60,059 nucleotides of DNA from an uncultured Alphaproteobacteria bacterium. Its GTDB lineage: Bacteria; Pseudomonadota; Alphaproteobacteria; Methylaequorales; Methylaequoraceae. The translations under genes were made by a program, and so were the position numbers. Positions 57,023-60,059 of the stretch are shown in pieces (position 1 is the first letter of the stretch; each line of letters begins with the position of its first letter). The stretch is from the NCBI GenBank assembly GCA_902536485.1, contig CACAXP010000004.1, positions 1-60,059 of the forward strand. The letters run 5' to 3'. Below the pieces are notes generated by a model that was not told the origin of the DNA, searched no databases, and saw only the letters and a program-made list of their open reading frames with translations.

Positions 57023-58627
57023 TTAAAGCTGACTTTTTGGATCAATATCTAAGTATTCAAACCATTTTTTTACATATAGTGAAATTGAGTTTCTTATTTT
57101 TTTTCTTTCATTTATAAACTCAATTAACCCAAAAATATGATAATGGTGACCATAACGGGAAAAATAATCAAAATAAGTTGCAATACTATTTCTTTTTTTT
57201 TTTCCTAAAATAATTTTTAAAAAAATTAAAAAAGGTGTAATTAAATTATAAGGGAAACTATCAAAATCTTTTATTAAAGGATTAAAATCTTTAAAAAGAC
57301 CAGCAAAATTCCAGTTTTTTAAATACTTCTTATACAAATATTGATTAATTCTTAATTCTGTAGGTATTTCACTCCAAAACCTTACAAATGCACCATCCCA
57401 AAATGGCAAATACCAATCAAAGCCAAAATAGTCATATACTCTTTGTCCTTGAATAATAAATTTGACTTGACGTTCATGATATTCCCATATTTCATATATA
57501 TCCTCTTGTTTACAGTTTTTGTATTCTTTAAGAGATTTTAATTCATCAATTTTTTTTTCTAAACCTCTTATCATATCTTTTTTTATCACAATAGATTGTT
57601 TCCATAGTGAATAATGTTTTGAAAAAATTTCTTTCGCTAATATTTTATTTGATTGTTGTTTCAAATTGATTGAATAAGGAATATGTCCTCCAGATATAAA
57701 ATCACCTGTTTGACCATTCACTATTAAATAATTTTTTGATTTAACTAAAAGCTTCTTTAGCTTTTGAACAATAAGAAAATCATGAAAGTGCGGAACGGAC
57801 GCTAGACCATCAGCAAATTTAATAAAATTCACTACTTGCTGTTTTTTGAAGAAATTGGAATAATCAACTTTTTTTATTGTTAAATGTTGCCACTTTACTT
57901 TAAGTTTTTCACAAATCTCTTTAGCAATTTTCGAATCAGAGTTACCTTTAATACCATAAGAGAAAGCAAGTATTTTTCTATAACCTTTCTCAACTAATTT
58001 GGAGAGAATTAGTCTAGAATCTAAACCGCCACTCATAAAAATTACAATTGTTCTATTATTTGTTTTTTTTATAAGCCTGTTAATTGATGAATCAATAACT
58101 TTATTTAATTTAGCTAAAGCTTCATTTCCGTTAATGTTCGATTTTATTTTTTTATGATAGAAAAAGTAATTATTACTTTCTAACTTGTTAGTGTGTTTGT
58201 TGAATTTTAAAAATTTACATACTTCAGTTTGATACAAACTCTTATATAGAGTTCGTTTGCCTGAAACATATCCTGAAAAAAAACACTCATTAACTGATTC
58301 ATCTAGAATTTTGTTAAGTTTTAATGTTTTTTGTAAAATTCTTGCATCGTTGCTTGCAATAAATAGATCTTTATCTTTGTAATAAAAAATAGGAAAACTT
58401 CTACAAAAATCAGAAATACATATAATATTATCTTTACTCTCAATTATAGCGGAGAAAAAATTATTACTTTGAGATAGTTTTTTTTTAATTTTTTTATTAG
58501 AAAAATCATTATCTATTAAGAATTCATTTACGGTTTTTTTACATCCGGCATAATAGACTAATAAATTATTTTGTTTCTCAAAGTTCCATTTACCAAGATC
58601 TGCAAATAAAACATTTTTTGTATGCAT
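57023..58627 (-). CDS. asparagine-synthase-like protein lacking the glutaminase Cys1
   Basis: MSGGLDSR, NGQTGDFISGGH, ERQVKFI, WYLPFWD. Confidence 0.8.
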   Translation of the reverse strand: MHTKNVLFADLGKWNFEKQNNLLVYYAGCKKTVNEFLIDNDFSNKKIKKKLSQSNNFFSAIIESKDNIICISDFCRSFPIFYYKDKDLFIASNDARILQKTLKLNKILDESVNECFFSGYVSGKRTLYKSLYQTEVCKFLKFNKHTNKLESNNYFFYHKKIKSNINGNEALAKLNKVIDSSINRLIKKTNNRTIVIFMSGGLDSRLILSKLVEKGYRKILAFSYGIKGNSDSKIAKEICEKLKVKWQHLTIKKVDYSNFFKKQQVVNFIKFADGLASVPHFHDFLIVQKLKKLLVKSKNYLIVNGQTGDFISGGHIPYSINLKQQSNKILAKEIFSKHYSLWKQSIVIKKDMIRGLEKKIDELKSLKEYKNCKQEDIYEIWEYHERQVKFIIQGQRVYDYFGFDWYLPFWDGAFVRFWSEIPTELRINQYLYKKYLKNWNFAGLFKDFNPLIKDFDSFPYNLITPFLIFLKIILGKKKRNSIATYFDYFSRYGHHYHIFGLIEFINERKKIRNSISLYVKKWFEYLDIDPKSQL

Positions 58628-58652
58628 ATTTTAATTTTTCTAATTGGCGACT

Positions 58653-59738
58653 TTATTTTTTTTCGTGACTTAGTAATCCGGTAGAAAGTTGAAAACTCAC
58701 TTTTTCTTTTATTCTGGATATCATAACTGCTCGTTTAGTTTTTTCTCCAAAGCATTTTTTACAAACTTCAGGTTTTCTACCTTCCTTTGTTCGAATATTA
58801 CAAATTAAGGATTTGTTTTTATCGAGTAGTTCTGAAATTTTGTTTGTTTTTGCATTTCCAAGAGTAAAAAAAGGTGATGACATATGACAACATGGTACAA
58901 CATCACCACTTGCTAATACGGCAAGAATTGGATGTCCACACTTAAACGAACCAGTGTAAGGCTGAAAATCCATCAATCTTTGGCCATACATAAATCTTTT
59001 TATTTTAATATCAATGTTAGGAAAGATCTCAAAACTATCTTGATCTCTATAATCACATTTTAGATTATTAAAATAATCTTCTAGCTTAGATTCATTAAAA
59101 GTGTAATTTTTTTCAAACTTTTCATATCCCTTTAGAAAATCAACTAGATCTGGGTATACTTGATCCAACGATAAAGGTACAGACGGATCACCAACACTAA
59201 ATCCTAAAATCTTTCTAAATAACAACTTTTTCTTGTTTAAAAAGTTACAAGCCATGTCCATTGTTATGTTTATTTTTTTTTTTATGCATGCTGAGATAAA
59301 TTTATAAATTATAAATTTGTATTTTTCATAATTCATTTTAATACCTCTGACATCAGAAAACTCATTTTTATTTAGGGTCTGGACTGATAGTGTTAAGTGG
59401 TTAGGAGCTGACAAATTTGAAGTCATTCCATTGAAGACTCGATGATTAGCAAAGAGCAAACCATTTGAGGTCAATCTAACATAAAGCTTAAGTTTTTTTG
59501 CATATTTAATAAATTTAAAAAGTCTTTTATCCAAGGTTGGTTCATTAAATTGAGAAAAATTAATAGACTCAACTTTTGCTTTTTTAGCTTCATCAATAAG
59601 TTTATAAACAGTCTCAGTTGGTAATATAGCTGCTTTATCTGATCTTCTATCCCAGTTACAAAAAGAACAGTTCATATTACAATTACCTAATGTTTCAACA
59701 TTAAGAAATCGATAACCAAATTTTTTAAAATCTACCAT
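58653..59738 (-). CDS. radical SAM protein with SPASM/twitch domain
   Basis: CNMNCSFC, NEP, TSNG, GDVVPCC...CKKC. Confidence 0.92.
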   Translation of the reverse strand: MVDFKKFGYRFLNVETLGNCNMNCSFCNWDRRSDKAAILPTETVYKLIDEAKKAKVESINFSQFNEPTLDKRLFKFIKYAKKLKLYVRLTSNGLLFANHRVFNGMTSNLSAPNHLTLSVQTLNKNEFSDVRGIKMNYEKYKFIIYKFISACIKKKINITMDMACNFLNKKKLLFRKILGFSVGDPSVPLSLDQVYPDLVDFLKGYEKFEKNYTFNESKLEDYFNNLKCDYRDQDSFEIFPNIDIKIKRFMYGQRLMDFQPYTGSFKCGHPILAVLASGDVVPCCHMSSPFFTLGNAKTNKISELLDKNKSLICNIRTKEGRKPEVCKKCFGEKTKRAVMISRIKEKVSFQLSTGLLSHEKK

Positions 59739-59761
59739 ACCTATTTAATCTAATTGTGCTG

Positions 59762-60059
59762 TTATCTTCTTTTCCATTTAATATTATCTCTTATTTTTCG
59801 AGCAGGAGATCCTGCAACTACAACATTTTTTCCAACTTTACCCTTGACTAGCGATCTAACACCGACTGCTGACCCTTCAGAAATGTTACTACCTTTTAAA
59901 ATCACAACATCAGAACCAATCCAAACATGGTCACCAATCTCTATACTTTTAGCATTATTTAACCTTTTTTTACTAGTTAGGGAATAAATTGGGTGCAATT
60001 CTCCATTCCAAATTTTAATGTTACTACCAAGCATGCAATCATTTCCAATAGAAATAGAC
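59762..60059 (-). CDS. hexapeptide-repeat O-acyltransferase (5' end beyond the window)
   Basis: IGDHVWIG, ILKGSNI, VVAGSPARKI. Confidence 0.88.
   Translation of the reverse strand, partial: SISIGNDCMLGSNIKIWNGELHPIYSLTSKKRLNNAKSIEIGDHVWIGSDVVILKGSNISEGSAVGVRSLVKGKVGKNVVVAGSPARKIRDNIKWKRR

Noticed and set aside
27848-59738. RiPP cluster pairing the NHLP-like protein with the radical SAM/SPASM enzyme
   Set aside because: They are 30 kb apart, there is no core peptide or evident RRE, and the radical SAM gene sits among glycan genes
1-60059. CRISPR arrays, tRNA/rRNA genes, IS elements, integrases, prophage genes
   Set aside because: No repeat-spacer periodicity, GC-rich structured RNA segments or transposase/integrase motifs were seen by eye; small ncRNAs cannot be excluded without a covariance-model search

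Overview
Very AT-rich bacterial DNA (roughly 25-30% GC by eye). An alpha-type RpoN, an ELM1-family gene, a DUF5930-M23/bactofilin pair and an atypical PEPC point to a streamlined marine alphaproteobacterium; this taxonomy is inference. 1-20.5 kb: a sigma54-controlled flagellar cluster of the Rhodobacter sphaeroides Fla1 type (fleQ <> fleT-fliEFGHIJ, fliKLMN, fliOPQR-flhB, PomAB-like motAB). The fliO-flhB operon continues into five non-canonical genes and ends in a degenerate ribosome-recycling-factor paralog. 20.5-30.3 kb: rpoN and a cell-wall/cytoskeleton block (SPOR, SltF, LmdC-like M23, tail-anchored protein, three bactofilins), an unannotated 59-aa sigma54-driven microprotein, a sigma28-like promoter, and an operon of a core-less NHLP-leader-like protein, Sel1 protein, small acidic protein, Cys-rich secreted peptide and K+ channel. 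Eight -24/-12 motifs, FleQ-type boxes and IHF-like sites can be read directly from the DNA. 30-41 kb: housekeeping and lipid A genes. 41-60 kb: a surface-glycan island (manC-fcl-gmd, glycosyltransferases, methyltransferases, asnB, carbamoyltransferase, radical SAM) with a frameshifted GT, long homopolymers and a duplicated asnB 5' end flanking an apparently inserted cassette. No rRNA, tRNA, CRISPR or IS element was recognised. All calls come from reading motifs; no searches were run.
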